Shown here one piece after another: positions 53,490-64,000 of a stretch of 64,000 nucleotides of DNA. The stretch comes from Candidatus Polarisedimenticolia bacterium (GTDB lineage Bacteria > Acidobacteriota > Polarisedimenticolia > Gp22-AA2), in assembly GCA_036001465.1 (NCBI GenBank), contig DASYUH010000013.1:92554-156553 (forward strand), written 5' to 3'. Made by a program: the position numbers and the translations under genes. Numbering within the stretch: the stretch's first letter is position 1; each line of letters opens with the position of its first letter. The notes under the pieces were generated by a model. The model was not told the DNA's origin, did no database searches, and saw only the letters and a program-made list of their open reading frames with translations.

Positions 53490-55598
53490 ATGAAGGTCTA
53501 TGAGATCTCGGAAATCCGCAACCTGGCCGTCATCGGCCACGGCTCCTCCGGCAAGACCTCCCTCACCTCCTCCCTCCTGTTCTCCTCCGGCGCGGTCAAC
53601 CGTCTCGGCCGCGTCGACCAGGGGACGACCGTCACCGATTTCGAGGAGGAGGAGATTGCCCGCAAGGTCAGCATTTCGTCCGCCCTCTGCCATCTCGAGT
53701 GGAAGAGGGTCAAGCTCAACCTGATCGACACGCCCGGGTACGGGGCGTTCATCGCCGACGCCAAGGCGGCGCTTCGCGTGGTGGACGGCGCCCTGGTGGT
53801 CGTGGACGCCGTGTCAGGCGTCGAGGTGCAGACCGAGGAGGCCTGGGGCTACGCGGAGGGGTTCGACCTCCCCCGGCTCCTGGTCATCAACAAGCTGGAC
53901 CGTGAGAACGCCTCGTTCACACGCGCCCTCGAGTCAATCACCGGGACGTTCGGCCGCCAGGCGGTACCCGTGCAGGTCCCGATCGGCGCGGAGAAGGGGT
54001 TCTCGGGAGTCGTGGACCTGGTCGCCAACAAGGCCTTCGTCTATGAGAAGGACGAGAGCGGCAGCCACAAGGTCCAGGACGTCCCCGCCGACCTGGCGGC
54101 CGAGGTGAAGGAGGCGCGCGACCGGCTGATGGAGATGGTCGCCGAGGTGGACGACTCCCTGATGGAGAAGTTCTTCGAGAGCGGCGCCCTGTCGCAGGAG
54201 GATCTGAGCCAGGGGCTGGCACGGGGGGTGAAGCAGCGCCGCCTGTATCCGGTTCTCGCCGCCTCCGGGCTCCTCAACATCGGCGCGCACCCGCTCCTCG
54301 ACACCCTGGTGGCCTGCCTGCCCCATCCGGGCGAGCGCGCCCCCTACAAGGGCGAGGCCCCCAAGGATCACGCTCCCGTGGAGCGCCAGGGGAAGGCGGA
54401 CGAGCCGTCCTCGGCGTTCGTCTTCAAGACAATCGCCGATCCGTACTCCGGCAAGATCTCGCTGTTCCGGGTCTACTCCGGGGTGATCAAGTCCGACTCG
54501 ACCGTGCACAATGCCAGCCGCGACATTCAGGAACGATTCGGCGCCATCCTGGTCCTGCAGGGGAAGGAATCGGAGAGCGTCACCGAGGTGCGTGCCGGGG
54601 ACATCGCCGCCATTCCCAAGCTGAAGGAGACCGAGACCGGCGACACCCTGGCCGACAAGGCGCACCCGATCCTCTATCCCAAGGTGACCTATCCCGAGCC
54701 TTCGATCACCTTCGCGCTGCAGCCGAAGTCGCGCGCCGACGAGGAGAAGATCTCCCAGGTGCTGCACCGACTGGCGGAGGAGGACCCGACGATCCAGTTC
54801 CGCCGCGATGCGCAGACGCACGAGCTGATCATCGCCGGGAACAGCGACCTGCACGTCGAGGTCTCCCTGGCGCGCATGAAGAAGAAATTCGGCGTCGAGG
54901 CGATCCTGCACGCCCCCAAGGTCCCCTATTTCGAGACGATCAAGCGCAAGGCGGAGGCGCAGGGCCGGCACAAGAAGCAGACGGGCGGCCACGGCCAGTT
55001 CGGCGACTGCTGGATAAGGCTCGAGCCGCTGCAGCGCGGCGCGGGGTTCGAGTTCAAGGACGACATCCACGGCGGCGCCATCCCCAAGAACTTCATCCCG
55101 TCCGTCGAGAAGGGGATCCAGGAGGCCCGGGTGCACGGGTTCCTGGCCGGCTACCCGGTGGTCGATTTCCGCGTCGTCCTGTTCGACGGCTCGTACCACA
55201 CCGTCGATTCCTCGGACATCGCGTTCAAGATCGCCGGCTCCCTGGGGTTCAAGAAGGCGATGGAGGAGGCCGGGGCGACCCTGCTCGAGCCCATCATGAA
55301 CGTGGAGATCAACTCCCCCGAGCAGTACATGGGAGACATCATGGGGGACCTGAACTCACGGCGCGGGCGGGTCCAGGGGATGAACTCCCAGGGATCTCAG
55401 CAGGTGATCAAGGCTCAGGTGCCGATGTCCGAGATGCTCACCTACGCCTCGACGCTCAAGTCGATCACCGGGGGGCGCGGCTCCTACCACATGGCGATGT
55501 CGCACTACGAGGAAGTCCCCGCCCACCAGCAGACCAAGATCATCGCGGCGCACAAGGCGGCCAAGGAAGGGACCGGCGCCGCCGCACCACACCACTGA
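53490..55598 (+). CDS. Elongation factor G family GTPase (EF-G2-like paralog)
   Basis: 702 aa. G1 AVIGHGSSGKTS, G3 DTPGY, G4 NKLD, domains II-V present. The P-loop HGSSGKTS differs from the canonical AHIDAGKTT. Confidence 0.85.
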   Translation: MKVYEISEIRNLAVIGHGSSGKTSLTSSLLFSSGAVNRLGRVDQGTTVTDFEEEEIARKVSISSALCHLEWKRVKLNLIDTPGYGAFIADAKAALRVVDGALVVVDAVSGVEVQTEEAWGYAEGFDLPRLLVINKLDRENASFTRALESITGTFGRQAVPVQVPIGAEKGFSGVVDLVANKAFVYEKDESGSHKVQDVPADLAAEVKEARDRLMEMVAEVDDSLMEKFFESGALSQEDLSQGLARGVKQRRLYPVLAASGLLNIGAHPLLDTLVACLPHPGERAPYKGEAPKDHAPVERQGKADEPSSAFVFKTIADPYSGKISLFRVYSGVIKSDSTVHNASRDIQERFGAILVLQGKESESVTEVRAGDIAAIPKLKETETGDTLADKAHPILYPKVTYPEPSITFALQPKSRADEEKISQVLHRLAEEDPTIQFRRDAQTHELIIAGNSDLHVEVSLARMKKKFGVEAILHAPKVPYFETIKRKAEAQGRHKKQTGGHGQFGDCWIRLEPLQRGAGFEFKDDIHGGAIPKNFIPSVEKGIQEARVHGFLAGYPVVDFRVVLFDGSYHTVDSSDIAFKIAGSLGFKKAMEEAGATLLEPIMNVEINSPEQYMGDIMGDLNSRRGRVQGMNSQGSQQVIKAQVPMSEMLTYASTLKSITGGRGSYHMAMSHYEEVPAHQQTKIIAAHKAAKEGTGAAAPHH

Positions 55599-55618
55599 GC
55601 CGGAAGGACTCCCGATCG

Positions 55619-56584
55619 TCACTCCGTCCACTGCGTCGACGGGTCCGGCATTCCCATGAGCACCTGCAAGGCGATCGGGCCGGGGCGCGCGAGAAACGTC
55701 CGGGGAAGCCCGCGGAGATCGAGGATGGCTTCGCGCCGGGCACCCAGGGCCGTGAGCTGCAGCGCCACTCTGGCCAGGAGGGCCGCGTCGCAGGCCGCCG
55801 GATCGGCGAAGAAGGTCAGCGACTCCCTCTCCCAGACGACCAGCCCCGACGGCCCGAGCGGCCCGCCGCCCGCCTCGGCCGGGCCGCCGTACCGCTCCGC
55901 ATCCCTGGCCTTCGCCAGGAGCACCACCCGGAAGCCGGCGACCCGAAGCGGCAGGAACCGTCGCGCCCGCAGCCCGGGGAAGAGCCGGAACCACAGGCTT
56001 CCCATCGACCGCGCGTAGAGGCCGAAGAGCAGGGATCGGTCTCTCCACCCGGCCGGCTCGAGCCGGAGCGCCGGGGTGGCGGCGCCGATGGTGGTCAGGA
56101 CGGAGAGCGGGGCGCTGCCGTGGAGGGTTCGCCCGGCTTCGAAGCCGCACCTCTCGTGCGCCGCCAGCGACGCCTCGTTTCCCCAGTCGACGTACGAGTA
56201 GAGGCGCGCCCCGGCGGGGAGGAGGCCGGCCCCCTCGCGCAGGAGCCGCCTGCCGATTCCTTCCCGGCGGCGGCCCGCGGCGATCCGCCAGTGACCGAAC
56301 ATCCAGGTCCCCCGGTCACGGCGGGAACGCAGGAACTGGACGCTCCCCAGGACGCCTCCCGGCCGCCCCTCGAGCGCCAGCGCCGTCCGCGACAGCGTGC
56401 CTCGCAGCCCCCAGCCGATCCGCCGTGCCAGGGGGGGGCACAGGATATCGACGACGCCGGGCGGATGGCCGAGGCGCATGAGCGCGTTCCGGTCGGCGGA
56501 CCGGCAGAGCCTGACCTCGACCTCCGGCCTTGGGGCCGGTCCTCCCCCTCCCTCGACGGGCATTCGATCCCCCATCCAAAGCAA
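55619..56584 (-). CDS. GNAT-family N-acetyltransferase domain protein with a C-terminal uncharacterised region
   Basis: N-terminal half has an acetyl-CoA-binding-like R/Q-x-x-G-x-G/A segment (RREGIGRRLL) and ERCGFE. Arg/Gly-rich overall. Confidence 0.45.
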   Translation of the reverse strand: MLWMGDRMPVEGGGGPAPRPEVEVRLCRSADRNALMRLGHPPGVVDILCPPLARRIGWGLRGTLSRTALALEGRPGGVLGSVQFLRSRRDRGTWMFGHWRIAAGRRREGIGRRLLREGAGLLPAGARLYSYVDWGNEASLAAHERCGFEAGRTLHGSAPLSVLTTIGAATPALRLEPAGWRDRSLLFGLYARSMGSLWFRLFPGLRARRFLPLRVAGFRVVLLAKARDAERYGGPAEAGGGPLGPSGLVVWERESLTFFADPAACDAALLARVALQLTALGARREAILDLRGLPRTFLARPGPIALQVLMGMPDPSTQWTE

Positions 56585-56672
56585 CGCTCTTTATATCATT
56601 CGGCCGACTCGGGGGATTCCGCGGCAGGCCGGGCCCGAACTGCTATAATTCCCGCCTCTTACCGGAGATCGA

Positions 56673-57995
<1,323 letters not shown>

Positions 57996-58008
57996 GAGCG
58001 ATCCCCCG

Positions 58009-59367
58009 ATGATCAAGGTCGGCATGGTCAGCCTGGGCTGCCCCAAGAACCTGGTGGACAGCGAGGTGATGCTGGGCACGCTCAAGCAGAGCGGCTACGA
58101 GCTGACGCCGGACCCGGCGTCCGCCGACGTCATCGTGGTCAACACCTGCACGTTCATCGAGCCGGCACGGCGCGAGTCGATCGACACCATCCTGGAGATG
58201 GCCGGGCACAAGAAGTCGGGCCGCTGCCGGAGGCTCGTGGTCGCGGGCTGCATGGTGCAGCGCAATCACGACGAGCTGCGCGAGGCCATTCCCGAAATCG
58301 ACGCCCTGGTCGGCCTGAACGACATCGAGCGGATCGCCGAGGCCTGCGCGCTGGAGGCCGGGTCCCGATTCGAGGCCGGCCGGGAGCGCGCGACCTATCT
58401 CTACACCCATGCGTCGCCGCGTCTCCTGACGACGCCCCGGCACACGGCGTACATCAAGATTTCCGAAGGCTGCGACCACACCTGCTCCTTCTGCGCCATT
58501 CCCTCGTTCCGCGGCCTGCAGCGCTCCCGCTCCATCGAATCGATCGTCGAGGAGGCCCGGGCCCTGGCGGGCTCGGGGGTGGTCGAGATCAGTTTGATCG
58601 CCCAGGACACCACCGACTACGGGCGCGATCGATCGGACGGGGCCAGTCTGGCGGGCCTCCTGCGAGCGCTCGACGCCGTCGGCGGGATCCGCTGGATCCG
58701 TGTCCTGTATGCCTATCCAAACCGCATCACTCCCGAATTCGTCGAGGCGCTCGGGTCGTCCGCCCGGGCCGCGCGCTACCTGGACGTGCCGCTGCAGCAT
58801 GCCGACGCGGCCATGCTCAAGACGATGCGCCGGGGCGGCAGCGCCGAGACGCACCGGAAGCTGATCGAGTCCCTGCGTCGCGGGGTCCCGGGAATCGCCC
58901 TCCGGACGACCTTCATCGTCGGCTTCCCGGGAGAGACGGCCCAGCAGTTCCAGGCCCTCTGCGCGTTCGCGCGCGAGGCCGAGTTCGACCATCTGGGCGT
59001 GTTCACCTATTCGGAGGAGAAGGGGACCGAGGCGGCCGGGCGGCCCGACGATGTGCCGGCCGAGGTCAAGGAGGAGAGGCGCATGACCTTGATGGCGATC
59101 CAGGAAGGGATCGCGGCGCGCCGCAACCGGTCCCTCGTCGGTCGCGAGATCGAAGTGCTGGTCGACGGCGCGCCCGAGGACAGCGACCTGGTCCTCTGCG
59201 GCCGCACGGAGGGCCAGGCACCGGAGATCGACGGCCGCGTGATCCTCACGGACGCGCCGGGGCCGCTCTCCGCCGGAACCTTCGTCCGGGCGCGCATCGA
59301 CGAGGCGCACCCGTTCGACCTGGTCGGGTCCGCCGTCGAGGTCCTTCCCGCGGGCCGTCCGGCGTGA
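58009..59367 (+). CDS. rimO: Ribosomal protein S12 methylthiotransferase
   Basis: MTTase N-domain SLGCPKNLVDSE...VNTCTF. Radical-SAM CDHTCSFC. C-terminal TRAM domain. Confidence 0.9.
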   Translation: MIKVGMVSLGCPKNLVDSEVMLGTLKQSGYELTPDPASADVIVVNTCTFIEPARRESIDTILEMAGHKKSGRCRRLVVAGCMVQRNHDELREAIPEIDALVGLNDIERIAEACALEAGSRFEAGRERATYLYTHASPRLLTTPRHTAYIKISEGCDHTCSFCAIPSFRGLQRSRSIESIVEEARALAGSGVVEISLIAQDTTDYGRDRSDGASLAGLLRALDAVGGIRWIRVLYAYPNRITPEFVEALGSSARAARYLDVPLQHADAAMLKTMRRGGSAETHRKLIESLRRGVPGIALRTTFIVGFPGETAQQFQALCAFAREAEFDHLGVFTYSEEKGTEAAGRPDDVPAEVKEERRMTLMAIQEGIAARRNRSLVGREIEVLVDGAPEDSDLVLCGRTEGQAPEIDGRVILTDAPGPLSAGTFVRARIDEAHPFDLVGSAVEVLPAGRPA

Positions 59368-59852
59368 CCCGCCGATCGTTCGGAGCCGCCTCCGCGATCC
59401 TCGCAGCGACCCTGTTCGGCGCCGGCCGCTCGCCGTACGTCCCCGGCACCGTCGGCACGCTCGCGGCGATGCCCCTGGCGATCCTGGCGCAGCGGCTCCT
59501 GCAGCCCTGGTGGTTCTTCGCGGCGGCCGTCGGCCTGACGGTGATCGCCGTCTGGTCGGCCCACGTGGCGGCGATCGAGCTGGCGCGGCACGATCCGGGG
59601 CCGGTGGTCATCGACGAGGCCGCGGGTCTGTTCGTGACCCTGCTGTTCCAGCCGCCTGGATCGTGGACGCTCCCCTTCTACGTTCTGGCCTTCGTCCTGT
59701 TCCGGGCCATGGACATCGTCAAGCCCCCTCCGGCTCGAAGGGCCGAGCGGCTCCCGGGGGGATGGGGGATCGTGACGGACGACCTGGTGGCGGGCGTGTA
59801 TGCCAACGTGGCGCTTCGGCTCCTGGGGTGGCTCGTCCTCCGTCCCGCCTGA
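59364..59852 (+). CDS. pgpA: Phosphatidylglycerophosphatase A
   Basis: GRSPYVPGTVGTLAAMPLA...VIDEAAG...GWGIVTDDLVAGVYA, the PgpA family pattern. Start overlaps the rimO stop. Confidence 0.75.
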   Translation: MTRRSFGAASAILAATLFGAGRSPYVPGTVGTLAAMPLAILAQRLLQPWWFFAAAVGLTVIAVWSAHVAAIELARHDPGPVVIDEAAGLFVTLLFQPPGSWTLPFYVLAFVLFRAMDIVKPPPARRAERLPGGWGIVTDDLVAGVYANVALRLLGWLVLRPA

Positions 59853-59877
59853 CGGAGTCGGGGGATCCTGTCTCGCG

Positions 59878-60837
59878 ATGAGAATCTTCGACGACATCCC
59901 GACGCTCAGGGCGCACTTGAAGACTCCGGTGGCGACCGTCGGAAATTTCGACGGCCTGCACCGCGGTCACCAGGCTATCGTGGCGACCGTTCTCGATCGC
60001 AGCCGCGCCACGGGCGGCAGCAGCCTCCTCATCACCTTCGAACCGCACCCGCTCAAGATCCTGGCGCCCGAGCGCGCGCCGCTCATGCTCACGACCCGGA
60101 AGCAGAAGCTGGCCCTGATCGAGGCCGCGGGGATCGAATTCCTGCTCGTCCTGCCCTTCACCATGGAGCTGGCGGAGGTTGCCGCCGAGCAGTTCGTCAA
60201 CGAGCACCTGGCCGCGGGCCTCGGTGTGCGGGAGGTCTACGTCGGGGCCAATTTCAACTTCGGCCGCCACCGCAAGGGGGACGCCGAGCTCCTGGTCCGA
60301 TTGTGCGGCGATCTCGGGATCCGGGCGGCCCAGGTGGCGGAAGTCCGCTGTCTGGACAGCCCGGTCAGCAGCAGCCGCATCCGCCGCGCCCTGCAGGCGG
60401 GAGAGGTGGAGCTGGCGCGCGAGCTCCTCGGCCGCCCGTACGCGGTCCAGGGGACCGTCATCCACGGCGAATCGCGCGGCGCGTCCCTGGGATTTCCCAC
60501 CGCGAACCTGGCGACCGAGAACGAGCTCGTTCCACGGGATGGCGTCTACGTGACCGAAGCCATCCTCGAGGGCGCGACGCGACCGGCCGTGACCAACATC
60601 GGCGGCCGGCCGACGTTCGAAGGGGCGAACTTCGCCGTCGAGACCCACATCCTGGACGGCGGAGGCGACCTCTACGACAGGCCCCTCGAGGTGCGTTTCC
60701 TGGCGCGCCTCAGGCTGGAGCTCAGGTTCGCATCCCCCCAGGCGCTCGTCGACCAGGTTCGCAGGGACATCCAGCGGGCGCGCGACTATTTCGCGGGCCG
60801 CTGGGCGCCTCCTCCACCGGCCCCGGCCGAGCGCTGA
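59878..60837 (+). CDS. ribF: Bifunctional riboflavin kinase / FMN adenylyltransferase
   Basis: GNFDGLHRGHQ. C-terminal kinase GESRGASLGFPTANL. ATG at 59878 (MRIFDDIPTL). Confidence 0.85.
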   Translation: MRIFDDIPTLRAHLKTPVATVGNFDGLHRGHQAIVATVLDRSRATGGSSLLITFEPHPLKILAPERAPLMLTTRKQKLALIEAAGIEFLLVLPFTMELAEVAAEQFVNEHLAAGLGVREVYVGANFNFGRHRKGDAELLVRLCGDLGIRAAQVAEVRCLDSPVSSSRIRRALQAGEVELARELLGRPYAVQGTVIHGESRGASLGFPTANLATENELVPRDGVYVTEAILEGATRPAVTNIGGRPTFEGANFAVETHILDGGGDLYDRPLEVRFLARLRLELRFASPQALVDQVRRDIQRARDYFAGRWAPPPPAPAER

Positions 60838-60976
60838 GATCGGGAGGGGCGATGGCCGGACCGGCTCGTGCCGGACCGGCTCGCGGTGTCGCCACGTCGG
60901 TCTGTGCTACCATGCGCTCCCTGCACTCCGCCGCGGCCCGCCGCAGCGTTCACGAACGCGAACGACCCCGGAGACC

Positions 60977-61641
60977 ATGAGCGAAACGCCCCGGACCAGC
61001 CGATTCATCACCTTCGAGGGAGTCGAGGGGTCGGGCAAGACGACCCAGATCCAGATGCTCTCCAACCACCTCGAAGAGCGCGGCATCGATCATCTCCTGA
61101 CGCGCGAGCCGGGCGGCACGCCGATTGGCGATCAGATCCGGAGACTGGTGCTCGACCCCCGGAACGCCGACATGACCCCGATCTGCGAGCTGCTCCTGTA
61201 CGCCGCCGCCCGGGCCCAGCACATCGAGCAGGTCATCCGGCCGGCCCTCCTTTCCGGAAGGCTCGTCCTGTGCGATCGGTTCAAGGACGCGACCATGGCC
61301 TACCAGGGATCGGGACGCGGCATCCGTCTCGACCTGATCGACGCGCTGCACGGGCTCGAGAACCTGGCGATCCAGCCGGACCTGACCATCCTGTTCGATC
61401 TTGAGGAGGACACCGCCCTGAAGCGGGCGCGCGTCCGCGACCACACCCGGACGAACGACGAGACCCGCTTCGAGCGGGAGTCCCTGGAATTTCACAAGCG
61501 CGTCCGCTCCGGTTATCTCGACATGGCCCGCCAGGAGCCGGGACGCTTCGTCGTGGTGGACGCGCACGGCACCGTGGAGGAGGTGCATCACCGGGTCATC
61601 GAATCGATGGACCGCTTCCTCACCACGCGGGGGGCGCCGGA

Positions 61642-61645
<4 letters not shown>
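60977..61645 (+). CDS. tmk: Thymidylate kinase
   Basis: FITFEGVEGSGKTTQ P-loop, DRF motif, LID region. Confidence 0.9.
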
Positions 61646-62775
<1,130 letters not shown>

Positions 62776-62779
62776 ACGC

Positions 62780-64000
62780 GTGTCCCTGATCCTCCGACAC
62801 CTGCGAGCCAACCTCCGGGCCTTCGTCCTGGGGTTGCTCTGTCTGGTCGCGACCAGCGCCCTCACGCTGTACGTTCCCTGGCTCCTCAAGGAGGCCATCG
62901 AAGCGCTGCACCGCGGCTCGCCGATGCGCCAGGTGACCCTCGACGTCGTGCTGATCGTGGGGGTGGCTGCGGTCCTGTGCGTGATCCGGACGTGGTCCAG
63001 GCTCCACATCCTGGGCGCGTCGCGGCGCATCGTCTGCGACATCCGGAACGACGTCTACGCCCACCTGCTCACGCTCCCCGCGTCGTTCTACGCCCGCAGG
63101 CGGACGGGCGAGATCATGTCGCTCATGGTGAACGATCTCATGCTCGTCCGCTCCCTCTTCGGTCCCGGAATCCTGAACGTCCTCAACGTCGTCCTTCTCT
63201 ATTCGGCCGGATTGACGCTCATGGCCCTGCTCGACCCTGTCCTGACCCTGGTCGCCGTCCTCCCCTATCCGTTCCTTCTCGCCGGCGTGTTCAGGGTGAG
63301 CCGATCGATTCACAAGCGCAGCAACGCCACGCAGGAGCAGCTCGCGGAGATCAGCAACAAGGCCCAGGAGACGCTCAGCGGCATCAACATGGTGAAGGCG
63401 TTCGCGCGCGAGTCGGGGGAGGCCGACGCCTTCGATCGCCTCAGCCTCGAGTACCGCCGCCGGTCGCTCCGGCTGGCCAGGAGCCGCGGCCTGATCGTCA
63501 CTCTCATGGGAGGCCTGGGGGGCGTGAGCACGATCGCGGTCCTGTGGCTGGGGGGACGGCACGTGATCGAAGGCTCGCTGAGCCTCGGCGGCCTGGTCGC
63601 GTTCACGTCGTACCTCGCCCTCCTGGCCGGCCCGACCGTCATGATGGGCTGGGTCCTCGGCGTGTTCCAGCGCGGCCTGGGTGCCATCGCGCGGATCGAG
63701 CAGATCCGGGCGATTCGAACCGATCTGCCGAGCGATCTCGCCCCCGGCCCCGGCCCCGAGGTGCGCGGGACGGTGTCGTTCAGCGGCCTGGATTTCTCCT
63801 ACCCTCAGGGCGACGGGCCGGCGCGACCGGTCCTGCGCCGCATCGACCTCGAGGTCCCGGCCGGCACGACCCTGGGGATCGTCGGTCGCGTCGGATCGGG
63901 GAAGTCGACCCTGGTGCACCTGGTGGCGGCGGTGCACCCGGTCAAGGACGGGATGATCCGGATCGACGGCCGCGATCTGAACGGCATCCCCACGGGTCAC
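62780..64000 (+). CDS. ABC transporter permease/ATPase fusion (MsbA/lipid-exporter-like), 3'-truncated by the window edge
   Basis: GTG at 62780, 5 nt after the holB stop. Six-TM domain with RRTGEIMSLMVNDL. Then Walker A GRVGSGKST near the window end. Not in the ORF track, probably because the frame has no in-window stop and no early ATG. Confidence 0.75.
   Translation, partial: MSLILRHLRANLRAFVLGLLCLVATSALTLYVPWLLKEAIEALHRGSPMRQVTLDVVLIVGVAAVLCVIRTWSRLHILGASRRIVCDIRNDVYAHLLTLPASFYARRRTGEIMSLMVNDLMLVRSLFGPGILNVLNVVLLYSAGLTLMALLDPVLTLVAVLPYPFLLAGVFRVSRSIHKRSNATQEQLAEISNKAQETLSGINMVKAFARESGEADAFDRLSLEYRRRSLRLARSRGLIVTLMGGLGGVSTIAVLWLGGRHVIEGSLSLGGLVAFTSYLALLAGPTVMMGWVLGVFQRGLGAIARIEQIRAIRTDLPSDLAPGPGPEVRGTVSFSGLDFSYPQGDGPARPVLRRIDLEVPAGTTLGIVGRVGSGKSTLVHLVAAVHPVKDGMIRIDGRDLNGIPTGH

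Noticed and set aside
60854-60883. Tandem 15-bp duplication GCCGGACCGGCTCG(T/C) x2 downstream of ribF
   Set aside because: Only two units and not hairpin-forming. Probably a trivial slippage duplication in the ribF-tmk spacer.

Overview
This is a high-GC (about 68-70%) bacterial chromosomal segment, with a mosaic glycan-biosynthesis region of about 34 kb in the middle of ordinary housekeeping genes. Left end, minus strand: an mlaF-mlaE-mlaD phospholipid-transport operon. Positions 3368-37348: a mosaic polysaccharide/glycoconjugate locus. It contains three lower-GC GT-C (ArnT/PMT-like) membrane glycosyltransferases, two GT4, one GT2 and a MurJ/Wzx-like flippase. It also contains an O-antigen-ligase/Wzy-like protein, four SAM methyltransferases (one FkbM-type), a CapA-family protein and a PlsC-like acyltransferase. 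A thiolase plus glutaryl-CoA-dehydrogenase-like pair sits inside it. There is a 1043-aa outer-membrane protein that fuses a glycosyl-hydrolase-like domain to a C-terminal beta-barrel. Most notably there are four separate asparagine-synthase-family (AsnB-fold) amidotransferase paralogs. All four keep the Cys2 nucleophile and the SGGxDS PP-loop. The locus carries several rearrangement footprints. A direct repeat of the mlaE 5' end flanks an 8.9-kb lower-GC segment. A direct repeat of the flippase 3' end flanks a 3-kb lower-GC insert. A composite 'ghost' (carA-internal plus DUF4388 5' end) lies in an intergenic region 28 kb from the live genes. A decayed DDE transposase remnant is also present. 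Right side: a DUF4388 protein, carA-carB, a proline-rich secreted protein, a class-IV aminotransferase and lpxH. Then a tightly coupled nfo-queE-queC-queA-tgt-TPR operon, an EF-G2-like paralog, asnS, rimO, pgpA, ribF, tmk, holB and the 5' part of an MsbA-like ABC exporter. No rRNA, tRNA or CRISPR was recognised by eye. Starts and ends are approximate (+/- a few nt). The ORF track apparently reports GTG/TTG starts as M.
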